Positions 39,466 to 50,789 of a stretch of DNA of 64,000 nucleotides are shown one piece after another. The position numbers and the translations under genes are program-made. The stretch is from assembly GCF_033096445.1 (NCBI RefSeq), contig NZ_AP028155.1, positions 561,880 through 625,879 of the forward strand, read 5' to 3'. Source of the DNA: Butyricimonas faecihominis (GTDB lineage: Bacteria; Bacteroidota; Bacteroidia; Bacteroidales; Marinifilaceae). Each line of letters starts with the position of its first letter. The first letter of the stretch is position 1. The notes below the pieces were generated by a model, which saw only the letters and a program-made list of their open reading frames with translations, had not been told where the DNA came from and ran no database searches.

Positions 39466-40677
39466 GTGAAATCAATCAGAGAAATATTTAGAATCGGGTA
39501 CGGGCCTTCTTCCAGTCACACGATGGGACCGGGACGGGCGGCGTATTATTTCAAGGAAAAGAATCCGGATGCCGAGCGCTACCGGGTGACCTTGTACGGG
39601 AGTCTGGCATTGACGGGAGTGGGACACGGAACGGATGTTGCCATCCAGAAGATGATCAATCGGCCGGACGACACGGAAATTATATGGGAGTCCACGAAAT
39701 CCCTGCCCCATCATCCGAACGGGATGTTGTTCGAGGCTTTAAGAAACGGGGAAGTCGTGGATCGTTGGGAGGTATATAGTGTGGGAGGTGGCGCCCTGTG
39801 GGATGAACTGGGAACCTTCAAGGAGGAAGATGTCTATCCCGACACGAAAATGACGGATATACTGGACTGGTGCAAGGCCGAGGGGCGCTCTTTCGTGGAG
39901 TACGTGGAACTGCACGAGGGACCGGAAATCTTCGACTATCTCGAAGAGGTTTGGAAAGTGATGGTTACAAGTATTCATAACGGCTTGGAAAACGAGGGTG
40001 TGTTACCCGGTAACCTGCGGTTGGCACGCAAGGCTTGTTCCTACCACGTGCGGGCCCAGCAATCGGCAGGTACCCTGCGCCATATGGGAATGGTATTTGC
40101 TGCCGCTTTGGCAGTTGCCGAAGAGAATGCGGCAGGAGGTAAGATCGTGACGGCTCCCACGTGCGGGTCGGCCGGGGTCGTACCTTCCGTGTTGTTCTTT
40201 TTGAAACACGATCAGGAGATTAGTGATAAACGAATTATAAAAGGTTTGGCCACGGCTGGATTGATTGGTAACATCGTGAAGACCAACGGTTCTATTTCCG
40301 GTGCCGAGGTAGGATGTCAGGGAGAACTGGGAACGGCTTGCGCAATGGCAGCCGGTGCGGCGGCCCAGATTTTGGGAGGTTCCCCGATGCAGATCGAGTA
40401 CGCTGCGGAAATGGGATTCGAGCATAACTTAGGTTTGACTTGCGATCCCGTGGGCGGTTATGTGCAAATTCCCTGCATCGAGCGAAATGCCTTTATCTCG
40501 CAGAAAGCGCGGGAGTGTGCAATCTATTCTTTGTTCTCGGATGGCCGGCACAAGGTGTCTTTCGATGACGTGGTGGAGACCATGATGCAGACGGGTTGCG
40601 ATATGCAGGCCAAGTATCGCGAGACAAGCCTCGGAGGTCTGGCTCGTATATACAGGGCTCCCTTGAAAAAATCGTAG
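39466..40677 (+). CDS. sdaA: L-serine ammonia-lyase, iron-sulfur dependent (single-chain alpha plus beta)
   Basis: N-terminus IGYGPSSSHTMGP and C-terminal Cys-containing cluster motifs. 403 aa. Confidence 0.85.
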   Translation: MKSIREIFRIGYGPSSSHTMGPGRAAYYFKEKNPDAERYRVTLYGSLALTGVGHGTDVAIQKMINRPDDTEIIWESTKSLPHHPNGMLFEALRNGEVVDRWEVYSVGGGALWDELGTFKEEDVYPDTKMTDILDWCKAEGRSFVEYVELHEGPEIFDYLEEVWKVMVTSIHNGLENEGVLPGNLRLARKACSYHVRAQQSAGTLRHMGMVFAAALAVAEENAAGGKIVTAPTCGSAGVVPSVLFFLKHDQEISDKRIIKGLATAGLIGNIVKTNGSISGAEVGCQGELGTACAMAAGAAAQILGGSPMQIEYAAEMGFEHNLGLTCDPVGGYVQIPCIERNAFISQKARECAIYSLFSDGRHKVSFDDVVETMMQTGCDMQAKYRETSLGGLARIYRAPLKKS

Positions 40678-40766
40678 CGTCGAATCCGGTGTTGGTGAGC
40701 CGGAATGGTACATTAATTGTAACAACTAAGAATAGAAAATCGTAGACCTAAAGTTATACAAGGCTT

Positions 40767-41357
40767 ATGGACAGGATTAAGTTAAAAGTTTTCGGGTTAT
40801 CCTATCAGAGTATGTCACAAACCGGGGCGTACGCGCTGATTCTGGCGGAAGAGAATGATGCCTTCCGCATCCCCATCATTATAGGGATCGCGGAGGCTCA
40901 ATCCATTGCCATACAGATGGAACACCTGCACTCACAGCGTCCCTTGACGCACGATTTGATGAAGAGTCTGGCGGATAGTCTGGGTGTGGTTCTGGAAGAG
41001 GTTTATATATATCGTTGGGAATCCGGTATCTTTTACTCAGAACTGCGTTTCAGGAATGGCGAGGAACTGCTGAAGATTGATTCGCGTACTTCCGATGCCA
41101 TCGCCTTGGCCTTGCGCTATAATTGTCCGATTTATATTGCGGCCAGCGTGATTGCCAAGACAGCTATCCCGATCTCCGATCTGGCCACGGGAGAATTTAG
41201 CGGGCAAAAGCCTGTTGAACCGGAGAAATCCGAAACAACCGAGTATAACTTCACGATAGAAGAATTAACCCGTTTACTGGATGAGGCCGTGAAGAACGAG
41301 GATTACGAGAGTGCCTCTCGCTTCAGGGATATGCTGAAAGCTAGGAAAGAGGAATAA
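40767..41357 (+). CDS. Bifunctional nuclease (BFN/DUF151) family protein with a C-terminal UVR motif
   Basis: BFN core plus UvrB/UvrC-like motif ELTRLLDEAVKNEDYESASRFRDML. Confidence 0.7.
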   Translation: MDRIKLKVFGLSYQSMSQTGAYALILAEENDAFRIPIIIGIAEAQSIAIQMEHLHSQRPLTHDLMKSLADSLGVVLEEVYIYRWESGIFYSELRFRNGEELLKIDSRTSDAIALALRYNCPIYIAASVIAKTAIPISDLATGEFSGQKPVEPEKSETTEYNFTIEELTRLLDEAVKNEDYESASRFRDMLKARKEE

Positions 41358-41367
41358 TATATAAAAC

Positions 41368-42675
41368 ATGAAAACAATGGATCGCATAAAACTTGACTAC
41401 TCGAAGGTGTTATCGTTTGTAGGGGAAGAAGAGATCGCCGTGCAACGAGAAAAAGCAACAAAGGCTCTAAAGGGCTTGGAAGACGGAACTTGTAAAGGGA
41501 GTGACTTTTTGGGTTGGCTCGATCTACCCGTCCACATCACGGATGATGAATTGAATCGTATTTCCGCTTGTGCCAACAAGTTAAGGGAGCAAACCGATGT
41601 TGTTGTCATCGTGGGCATCGGGGGATCTTACTTGGGAGCCAAAGCGGTGATCGAGGCCATGTCCGGTAGTTTTGATGCTTATTCCGGTACGAAAGTTGTT
41701 TTCGCGGGAAATAACGTGAGCGAGGACTATCTATACGAGTTACAGGCGTTCCTCAAAGATAAGAAATTCGGTATATGTGTGATTTCCAAATCGGGAACCA
41801 CGACCGAACCTGCCGTGGCTTTCCGTTTACTGAAGGATCAACTGATCGAGCAAGAGGGAGTTACCGTGGCAAGGGAGAGAATCGTGGCCATTACCGACGA
41901 GAAAAAGGGAGCCTTGCGAACGATGTCGGACCGGGAAGGGTACGAGACTTTCGTTATTCCGGACAATGTCGGGGGACGCTACTCCGTGCTGACCCCCGTG
42001 GGATTGCTCCCCGTGGCTATTGCCGGGTTTGACGTCCGGGCTTTAGTTAAAGGTGCCGTGGATATGCGGGCGTATGGCAAGGAAAATGGGGCAGAGCTTT
42101 CCGCCACATACGCTGCCGTTCGGAATGCGCTCTACGAGAAGGGGTACGTGATCGAGATCACGGTGAACTTCAACCCGAAATTGCATTATGTTGCCGAATG
42201 GTGGAAACAGCTTTACGGGGAAAGCGAGGGAAAGGAGAATAAGGGTATATTCCCCGCCAGCGTTGACTTCACGACAGATTTGCACTCCATGGGGCAATAC
42301 ATACAGGAAGGACGTCGCAATTTGTTCGAGACGGTTCTTTCCATTGATAAAACGAAATACAGCTTGCAAGTGCCTTGCGATGCCCATGACCTTGATAAAC
42401 TGAATTATCTGGCCGGTAAGCGCGTCGATGAGGTAAACAAGATGGCCGAACTGGGAACCCAACTCGCCCACGTGGATGGTGGGGTACCGAATATCCGGGT
42501 CATTATCCCGGAACTGACGGAGTACTACTTGGGTCAGCTATTCTATTTCTACGAACTGGCTTGTGGTATCTCCGGTGGTATACTCGGGGTGAATACTTTC
42601 GACCAGCCGGGCGTGGAGGCCTATAAGAACAATATGTTCATGTTGCTGGGTAAGCCGGGGTACGAGAGAAAATAA
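41368..42675 (+). CDS. pgi: Glucose-6-phosphate isomerase
   Basis: SIS domains with GIGGSYLG and DxxGGRYSV ... GEKG... motifs. 435 aa. Confidence 0.9.
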   Translation: MKTMDRIKLDYSKVLSFVGEEEIAVQREKATKALKGLEDGTCKGSDFLGWLDLPVHITDDELNRISACANKLREQTDVVVIVGIGGSYLGAKAVIEAMSGSFDAYSGTKVVFAGNNVSEDYLYELQAFLKDKKFGICVISKSGTTTEPAVAFRLLKDQLIEQEGVTVARERIVAITDEKKGALRTMSDREGYETFVIPDNVGGRYSVLTPVGLLPVAIAGFDVRALVKGAVDMRAYGKENGAELSATYAAVRNALYEKGYVIEITVNFNPKLHYVAEWWKQLYGESEGKENKGIFPASVDFTTDLHSMGQYIQEGRRNLFETVLSIDKTKYSLQVPCDAHDLDKLNYLAGKRVDEVNKMAELGTQLAHVDGGVPNIRVIIPELTEYYLGQLFYFYELACGISGGILGVNTFDQPGVEAYKNNMFMLLGKPGYERK

Positions 42676-42704
42676 AAAGTGAACTGGCAATGCCAGTTCA
42701 CTTT

Positions 42705-43451
42705 TTATTTAAATAGAGATTCCTCCCCTCGTTCCTTCTTTCGGATGGCAAAAGTAAGGTACGTGTTATTCAATATATCAATAGTCAGTAATTTCCCGGA
42801 AAGTACGCCGGGTTTCTCCAGTATGATTTTAATTGCCTCGTTCGCTTGAAGGGAACCGACAATTCCCGGTAATGCCCCGATGACACCCAGCGGTTGCGAG
42901 AAATTCTCGATCTCGTCATTGTACTCGAAAAGATCCCGGTAAGTGGGGCCGTTCTGGTAATTGAACACGGACACTTGCCCGCTGAACTCGCAAATGCTGC
43001 CGTAAACGAACGGTTTTCCCAGCTTCACGCAAGCGTCATTAATCAGGTAACGGGCGTGGAGATTATCTGTCGCGTCCATGACAATATCGTATTCGGGAAT
43101 GATTTCCAGTGCGTTATCCAGTGATAACCGGGTAAAATATGGTGTAATCCGGGTGAATGGATTTAATTGTTTTAATTTCGTGGCGGCGACGGTGACTTTC
43201 GGGGTTCCCACGTGAGTCGTGTCGTATAATATTTGGCGTTGCAGGTTGGATTCTGAAACAACATCGTCGTCCATGATGCCGATATGGCCGATTCCTGCTG
43301 CCGTGAGGTAATATAATATAGGTGAGCCTAATCCCCCGGCTCCTACGACCAGTATGCTCGTTTCTTTAATTTTTTCTTGTCCTTGAATTCTAATGTCGTG
43401 TAGGATAATGTGTCGATTATAACGTTCTTGTTCTTGATTGGTCAGTGGCAT
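42705..43451 (-). CDS. thiF: ThiF/MoeB-family E1-like adenylyltransferase. Its context suggests sulfur-carrier (ThiS) adenylyltransferase.
   Basis: ILVVGAGGLGSPILYYLTAAGIGHIGIMDDDVVSESNLQRQ. 248 aa. Same strand as the thi operon but separated from thiH by a recombinase gene. Confidence 0.75.
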   Translation of the reverse strand: MPLTNQEQERYNRHIILHDIRIQGQEKIKETSILVVGAGGLGSPILYYLTAAGIGHIGIMDDDVVSESNLQRQILYDTTHVGTPKVTVAATKLKQLNPFTRITPYFTRLSLDNALEIIPEYDIVMDATDNLHARYLINDACVKLGKPFVYGSICEFSGQVSVFNYQNGPTYRDLFEYNDEIENFSQPLGVIGALPGIVGSLQANEAIKIILEKPGVLSGKLLTIDILNNTYLTFAIRKKERGEESLFK

Positions 43452-43484
43452 CGGTAATGAAAATTCTAATTTGTTCTACTCTTG

Positions 43485-44090
43485 TTACTTGCTTTCGTTA
43501 ATGTGTTGTTTGACAAATCGGTTGACGGTGCAGATGGATACTTTGTATTTCTTGGCTATTTTCTTGTAAGGTACGCTGTTATCCATGAGTTCGATAATCT
43601 TCTCCTTGTTTTGTATCAACACGTTCAACTGCGGACAACTGCCATACGGGCGCCCTAGTTTTTTTCCCTCGGCCTTTCTTACCGCGAGAGCCTCTCTTGT
43701 CCGGATGGATATAAGATTACGTTCGATTTCCGCGACTAACCCGAATGCGAATCCCAGGATTTTACTGTTCAGGTTATTCTCGAAAGTGTACCCTTCTTTC
43801 GTGCTATGAAGAACAATTTTACGTTGAATACAGGTATTGATGATATTCATGATGTCAATCAATGTCCTGCTCAATCGCGAAACTTCCGTGACGATAAGGC
43901 AATCACCTTCCTGCAAAGATTCTAGAAGATCACCTAGTTTTCGGTCATTACTATGTACTTTTCCACTGACAACGTCATGATACCACTTGTCAATATCAAG
44001 TCCCCGGTGGGCTGCAAATTTCTTGATCTCCTCCTGCTGGTTTTCCAAATGTTGTTTGTTTGTGCTGACTCGCAAATATGCAACTACCAT
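43485..44090 (-). CDS. Small serine recombinase (resolvase/invertase family). Solo copy with AT-rich composition.
   Basis: Catalytic N-terminus AYLRVSTNKQ (the nucleophile is the Ser in RVST). Resolvase core motifs (DCLIVTEVSRLSR, IRTREAL). C-terminal HTH (IAKKYKVSICTVNRFV). 201 aa. Confidence 0.85.
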   Translation of the reverse strand: MVVAYLRVSTNKQHLENQQEEIKKFAAHRGLDIDKWYHDVVSGKVHSNDRKLGDLLESLQEGDCLIVTEVSRLSRTLIDIMNIINTCIQRKIVLHSTKEGYTFENNLNSKILGFAFGLVAEIERNLISIRTREALAVRKAEGKKLGRPYGSCPQLNVLIQNKEKIIELMDNSVPYKKIAKKYKVSICTVNRFVKQHINESK

Positions 44091-44179
44091 AATTAAAATG
44101 ATTTTAGAGTATTAAAAAGACAAACGTAACAAAAGGAGAAGAATATTTATTGTTTTTCAAAAGTTAAAAGAAGTTAGCA

Positions 44180-44222
44180 AACATATAATAATAAGGTTTG
44201 GCGGCTACCAAACCCTATTATT
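44180..44222 (-). terminator. Terminator-like hairpin after thiH (AATAATAGGGTTTGG-TAGCCGCC-AAACCTTATTATT on the minus strand)
   Basis: Imperfect 14-bp stem read directly. Lies between the thiH stop and the recombinase start. Confidence 0.45.
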
Positions 44223-44227
44223 ATTAA

Positions 44228-45337
44228 CTACATCCAAGCGTCCCAATCTTTCCACACGGGTTCATACCCTTGTGCTTTGATGGCCTCGACCATCTCTTGT
44301 GGGGTACGGTTATCGTTGATGGCAAATTGTTCCAGTTCCTTGTGGGGAACGACGTACCCGCCCGGCTCCGTGCTTGATCCGGCACTCATGGACGTGGCTC
44401 CTAGGTGCATCACGTGATCCCGGAACTCCCGGCTTTCCCGCGTGGACACGGAGATTTCGGCCTGCTGGTCGAGCAAACGGTAGGCGCATATCAGTTGCAC
44501 CATCTGCTTGTCGTTGATCGGGTCTTTCGGCATGAAGGCCCCGGCGTGTGGCCGCAGGCGGGGAAGAGAGATCGAGTACTTGGAGCGCCAGTAGGTCCTT
44601 TCCAGGTATTTCAAGTGCAGGGCCGTGAAGAACGAGTCGGTGCGCCAGTCTTCCAGACCGAGCAATGCCCCGATTCCCATTTTCTGAACCCCGGCCGTGC
44701 ATACCCTGTCGGGAGTTTCCAAACGGTAGCGGTAATTTGCCTTCCGTCCCTTGGGGTGGTACTTGGGATATTGTTGTTCGTTATACGTTTCTTGGTACAC
44801 GCATACGAAGCTCAACCCGGCCTCGTGTAACCGGGCGTAGTCGTCCGTGTCGAGAGGTTGCACTTCAAGGGCGATTTGCGAGAACTTGTCCCGTACCGCA
44901 CGGATCACTTTCTCGTAGTAGTCCACCGTGGTCACGGCAGGCGCCTCGCCCGACACGAGCAGCAGGTGCTTGAATCCCCACCCGGTAATGACGTCGGTTT
45001 CCGCCTGTACCTCTTCGAGAGTAAGCATTTTCCGGTGAATATCGTTATCGTGGTTGAAACCGCAGTACACGCAGAAATTCGTGCAGTAATTGGAAACGTA
45101 CAGGGGAATGTACAACTGGATCGTGTTCCCGAATCTTTCCAGAGTCAGACGGTTAGCTTCCACGGCCATGTCCTCCAGTAACGGTGTTGCTGCCGGGGAG
45201 ATCAATGCCATAAAATCATCTAACGTGCGATGCGGGTTATTGATTGCCGCGATAGCATCGTTTTTCGACTTATCCATGATGTTCTGTTTCACATCGTCCC
45301 AGTCGTAGGTTTTCAAGGTATCGTAAAATGAAGTCAT
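44228..45337 (-). CDS. thiH: 2-iminoacetate synthase ThiH (radical SAM)
   Basis: CTNFCVYCGF radical-SAM motif with ThiH/HydG-like architecture. 369 aa. Thi operon context. Confidence 0.85.
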   Translation of the reverse strand: MTSFYDTLKTYDWDDVKQNIMDKSKNDAIAAINNPHRTLDDFMALISPAATPLLEDMAVEANRLTLERFGNTIQLYIPLYVSNYCTNFCVYCGFNHDNDIHRKMLTLEEVQAETDVITGWGFKHLLLVSGEAPAVTTVDYYEKVIRAVRDKFSQIALEVQPLDTDDYARLHEAGLSFVCVYQETYNEQQYPKYHPKGRKANYRYRLETPDRVCTAGVQKMGIGALLGLEDWRTDSFFTALHLKYLERTYWRSKYSISLPRLRPHAGAFMPKDPINDKQMVQLICAYRLLDQQAEISVSTRESREFRDHVMHLGATSMSAGSSTEPGGYVVPHKELEQFAINDNRTPQEMVEAIKAQGYEPVWKDWDAWM

Positions 45338-45387
45338 TTACTTGATGTTTTAATAGTTTGTAAGGTTTGTAAACCTTATGAACTCAT

Positions 45388-46152
45388 TTAATCCAAAAAT
45401 GCCGTTAACGGGGAGCTGGCCTGTGCGTGGCGGTATTGTTTGGCAAGTTTTGCCTCGAATGCCATGCGTCCGGCCTCCACGGCCAGTTTAAATGCCCGTC
45501 CCATTTCTACCGGGTTAGGCGATACGGCGATAGCGGTATTCACCAGCACTGCGGCAGCACCCATTTCCATGGCAGCGGCGGCGTGGGAGGGAGCCCCGAT
45601 TCCGGCATCCACGATTACCGGGACGTTACTCTGTTCAATGATGATCTCCAGCAGGTCGCGGGTCACCAGCCCTTTGTTCGTGCCGATCGGTGCACCTAAC
45701 GGCATCACGGTGGCGGCCCCGGCATTTTCAAGGTGTTTGCAAAGTACCGGATCGGCTTGAATGTAGGGTAACACCACGAATCCCAGCTTTGCCAATTCCT
45801 CGGTCGCTTTCAGGGTTTCAATCGGGTCCGGCAACAGGTACTTGGGATCGGGATGTATTTCCAGTTTTAGCCAGTTCGTGCCGAGAGCTTCTCTCGCCAG
45901 TTGTGCGGCGAACACGGCCTCTTTGGCGGTTCTCACGCCGGAAGTATTGGGTAACAAGGTGATATGAGGTGCTTTCAGATGAGCCAGAATATCATCATCC
46001 TTACCGTCCATGTTCACGCGTTTCAGCGCGACGGTTACGAGTTGTGATTCGGATGCCAAGATGGCATCTTCCATCAGTTGATTCGATGCGAATTTACCGG
46101 TTCCGGTAAATAAGCGTGAGGTAAATTCTTTGTCTGCTATTTTTAAAGCCAT
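45388..46152 (-). CDS. thiG: Thiazole synthase
   Basis: 254-aa TIM-barrel. ThiG blocks (LLPNTSG ... [13 protein letters not shown] ... VIVDAGIG). Confidence 0.9.
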   Translation of the reverse strand: MALKIADKEFTSRLFTGTGKFASNQLMEDAILASESQLVTVALKRVNMDGKDDDILAHLKAPHITLLPNTSGVRTAKEAVFAAQLAREALGTNWLKLEIHPDPKYLLPDPIETLKATEELAKLGFVVLPYIQADPVLCKHLENAGAATVMPLGAPIGTNKGLVTRDLLEIIIEQSNVPVIVDAGIGAPSHAAAAMEMGAAAVLVNTAIAVSPNPVEMGRAFKLAVEAGRMAFEAKLAKQYRHAQASSPLTAFLD

Positions 46153-46320
46153 ACTAATTTTAGATTTTAAATTTTAGATTGAACTCCTCCGTCAGCTTCG
46201 CTGCCACCTCCTCTATAAACAGAGGAGGAGCTGGTGACTCTTCCCAAAGATGAAGAGTAACTCAACTCTCCCTCTGTTTATAGAGGGAGTACCCCGAAGG
46301 GGGGAGGGAGTTCTTTTATA
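46150..46320. repeat. Composite intergenic repeat element, copy 2, inverted relative to copy 4: AATCTAAAAT-type arm, GC palindromic core with CCTCCTCTATAAACAGAGGAGG and CTCCCTCTGTTTATAGAGGGAG hairpins, AATTGAA-type arm
   Basis: Direct reading. The core is about 85% identical to 61565-61700. Lies inside the thi operon between the thiE/D stop (46278) and the thiG start (46152). Its right end overlaps the last codons of thiE/D. Confidence 0.75.
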
Positions 46321-48278
46321 TTCAATTGTTCTACCGTTTCTCTCGTCTTTCCCGTTATATCCTCGCTATTTTTCAGCAAGGAGGAGAGGGCGATGCCCGT
46401 TACTCCCGTGCTTAATATCGGTTGAATGTCATCCTCCCGGATGCCTCCGATGGCGTGGACGGGGAGATAGATGCCCTCTTCCCGGCAGGCTTCCATGATC
46501 TTTCGGTAACCTTCGAGACCGAGGACCGGGCTGAGACGCTTTTTCGTCGAGGTGTACGTGAACGGGCCCAGACCGATATAGTCTACCTGTTGACGAAAAC
46601 GGGTCACCACGTCTTCAAACGTGTTGCACGTTCCCCCGATGATCTTCGAGTAACCGAGAATCCGGCGGGCTTCAAGGGGATTCATGTCCTCTTTTCCCAA
46701 GTGTACCCCGTCGGCATCCAGCTCAAGGGCGATGTCCACGTTGTCATTGACAAGGAACAAGGCCCCGTGACGTTTGCAAATCTCTTTCACGGTGCGTCCG
46801 ACACGGATAAACTCTTCCCGGTCAGCCTCTTTCATCCGTAGTTGCACCCATCGACACCCTCCCTTGCACACGGCCTCCACCTGTTCGGGAATAGAAACTC
46901 CTTCCTTGTAGTCGGTGATGTATTGCAAGGGAATCCGGTACAAGTCAACTTCCGGGGCGGTGCTTTCCACGCGGTTATGCATCCCTAGGTTCGTGTCGTT
47001 AGAGCGGATAAATCCCGCCACGTAGTGCTGCCCCAGCCGACAAGCGTCGGGGAGGGGATAGCCGAGCGTGAGATACGAGGCGATGGCCGAGGAAAGAACG
47101 CATCCCGTCCCGTGTTTCCCGTGTCTTGCCCGTGTCACCGAGAAGGTGTACACCTTGTCTGGGGTGACCAGTCGGTCGGAGGCCAGCGCCCCGTCGTTAT
47201 GACCGCCTTTCCAGAGGATGTTGAGTTTCAGGCTGCGGGCCAGCGCTTGCAGGCTTTCCACGTCCGGGTGATTCCCGAAAAGTGTTTTCAGCTCGTCCGT
47301 GTTCGGGGTAATCAGGTATATCTTTCGAAGTATATCCTGCAACTGAGTTAGATTCTCCCCGTCATGGAACTGGAATCCGGCGCTGGCTTTCAGTATCGGG
47401 TCCCAGATAATCCTTACCTTGGGGAGAGCCGTCCGGAGATAGTTCACCACTTGTTCCAGCGTGTCGAAACTTTCGATCAACCCGATCTTGACGTAAGTGG
47501 GGCTGAACTCCCGGAACAGGACTTCGCATTGCCGGATGATCTCGTCCGGCGTGAGCCACTTCGTCCCGAGGTACGTGTTTTGATTCTGGAAGGTGATGGA
47601 ACTGCTCGTTCCAAGTCCATATACCCGGCAACTTTCGAACGTTTTGATGTCAGCCGTCACCCCGGCCCCGGAACTTTGGTCAAATCCGGCAATACTTAGC
47701 ACCTCGTCGGGCAAGATGTTGGTGAAACGGGCAACGGCCTCCGACGGCTGTTCCCACACGTGTCCCAGCAAGGCGACCCCGCGGAATCCCATTTTCCGGC
47801 ATTCCGCGACTTTTTCCGCGGTGATACCTCCCAAAGCGATTACGGGTACGCGTCTCTTTTGTAAGTTTTCCTTCAGGTATTTCGGGGCGAAGGCCGACGG
47901 GTATCCCTGTTTGGAAATGCTGTCAAATACCGGGCTGAGAAAGACGTAGTTCGGCTCGAAAGGCAAGGCGTCGATTTCCTCGAAGGAGTGACACGACACG
48001 CTCACGTGGGCGAGTCGATCCCGTCCGGTGAACGTCCGTGCCTCGTTGTATTTCAGGTGAATCCCTCTTAACCCGTACTCTTCTGCCAGTTCGAAGTGGT
48101 CGTGCAGGACGACACGTTCCCGGAAACGCGGCCGGATGCCCCGGATGTAGCGTTCCAGCGTGTCCCGGTCTGCTCCCGGCTTTCGCAGGTGCAGCAAGTG
48201 CAATCCGCTTTCAAAGAGCTTGTTCACGATATGCTCTTCGTCAGGCAGGGTGCGGGGAGGGGTGATGATTACGATCAT
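46278..48278 (-). CDS. thiDE: Tri-domain thiamine biosynthesis protein: ThiE/TenI-like domain, HMP(-P) kinase ThiD, thiamine-phosphate synthase ThiE
   Basis: N-terminal TMP-synthase fold (LHLRKP ... ). Central ThiD (VLSIAGFDQSSGAGVTADIKTF). C-terminal ThiE (RWVQLRMKEA ... LFLVNDNVDIALELDADGVHLGKEDM). 666 aa. Confidence 0.8.
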   Translation of the reverse strand: MIVIITPPRTLPDEEHIVNKLFESGLHLLHLRKPGADRDTLERYIRGIRPRFRERVVLHDHFELAEEYGLRGIHLKYNEARTFTGRDRLAHVSVSCHSFEEIDALPFEPNYVFLSPVFDSISKQGYPSAFAPKYLKENLQKRRVPVIALGGITAEKVAECRKMGFRGVALLGHVWEQPSEAVARFTNILPDEVLSIAGFDQSSGAGVTADIKTFESCRVYGLGTSSSITFQNQNTYLGTKWLTPDEIIRQCEVLFREFSPTYVKIGLIESFDTLEQVVNYLRTALPKVRIIWDPILKASAGFQFHDGENLTQLQDILRKIYLITPNTDELKTLFGNHPDVESLQALARSLKLNILWKGGHNDGALASDRLVTPDKVYTFSVTRARHGKHGTGCVLSSAIASYLTLGYPLPDACRLGQHYVAGFIRSNDTNLGMHNRVESTAPEVDLYRIPLQYITDYKEGVSIPEQVEAVCKGGCRWVQLRMKEADREEFIRVGRTVKEICKRHGALFLVNDNVDIALELDADGVHLGKEDMNPLEARRILGYSKIIGGTCNTFEDVVTRFRQQVDYIGLGPFTYTSTKKRLSPVLGLEGYRKIMEACREEGIYLPVHAIGGIREDDIQPILSTGVTGIALSSLLKNSEDITGKTRETVEQLNIKELPPPFGVLPL

Positions 48279-48296
48279 GTGTATGTGGTTTGAACT

Positions 48297-50163
<1,867 letters not shown>

Positions 50164-50364
50164 TCATCCTCCCTGTACTGCCTTGATGATGATAATTTTG
50201 CTACCATCTTGAAGCACGGTTTTACCCCAGTCGGGACGGGGAATGACGTTGAAATCCACGGCGATGGCAATGTTGCCCGTCGGGATGGCGTTGGCTTCCA
50301 GTACTTCGGGGAGTGTCGTGCCGGGGGCGCATTCGAAGGATTTGTCGTTTATAAATACTTGCAT
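50164..50364 (-). CDS. thiS: Sulfur carrier protein ThiS
   Basis: 66 aa with ubiquitin-like fold. C-terminal GG. Confidence 0.85.
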   Translation of the reverse strand: MQVFINDKSFECAPGTTLPEVLEANAIPTGNIAIAVDFNVIPRPDWGKTVLQDGSKIIIIKAVQGG

Positions 50365-50540
50365 TGTATATAAATTTTTAACTTCTAACTACCCCCTCTA
50401 GCTCCCACTTACACAGGGGGAGAACTCGCTACATTGTAACATTGTGGCGTTTCTCGCGTCCGTTTCTCCCCCTGTGCAAGGGGGAGCCAGAGGGGGTAGT
50501 CCACTCTAAATTTTAAACTCTAAATTCTAAACTTTTTTCA
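50365..50540. repeat. Composite intergenic repeat element, copy 3, located between the TPP aptamer and the thiS start codon
   Basis: Core CTAACTACCCCCTCT ... CTCCCCCTGTGCAAGGGGGAG ... AGAGGGGGTAGT, flanked by CTCTAAATTTTAAACTCTAAATTCTAAAC. Confidence 0.7.
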
Positions 50541-50569
50541 ATCCTCCGGGAAGTCTACAATGAAATCCA

Positions 50570-50712
50570 GCTTGTATTATAACTCTTTCCCTCCGCCGGC
50601 ATTACCCGGATCAGGTTCATGGGTATAATCTCAGCCCGTTGTATTACCCTGCCTTCTCGCGGCAGGTAGAAGTGTCGGGAAAATCCCTCGCTTCTTAGGC
50701 ACCCCTTCAGAA
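50570..50712 (-). ncRNA. TPP (THI-box) riboswitch aptamer
   Basis: Minus-strand reading: GGGGUGCC ... GGGCUGAGAUUAUACCCAUGAACCUGAUCCGGGUAAUGCCGGCGGAGGGA. This contains the canonical CUGAGA and ACCUGAUCNGGNUAAUGCCNGCGNAGGGA THI elements. It lies upstream of thiS-thiC. Confidence 0.9.
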
Positions 50713-50789
50713 TATCTCATGGCAAAGCTACGGATAAATTTTAATACCTGCAACGACAAGTATTAAAAAGTTACAGGAGATGCTACCCC

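Noticed and set aside
43452-44227. Inverted repeats flanking the serine recombinase, as evidence of an invertible segment or IS
   Set aside because: I could find no convincing inverted repeat pair of 10 bp or more bracketing the gene. Only the thiH terminator-like hairpin is present. The mobile or invertible-element interpretation therefore stays a hypothesis.
44405-45308. Plus-strand ORFs of 72-141 aa overlapping thiH
   Set aside because: Antisense shadows of the thiH radical-SAM gene in GC-rich DNA.
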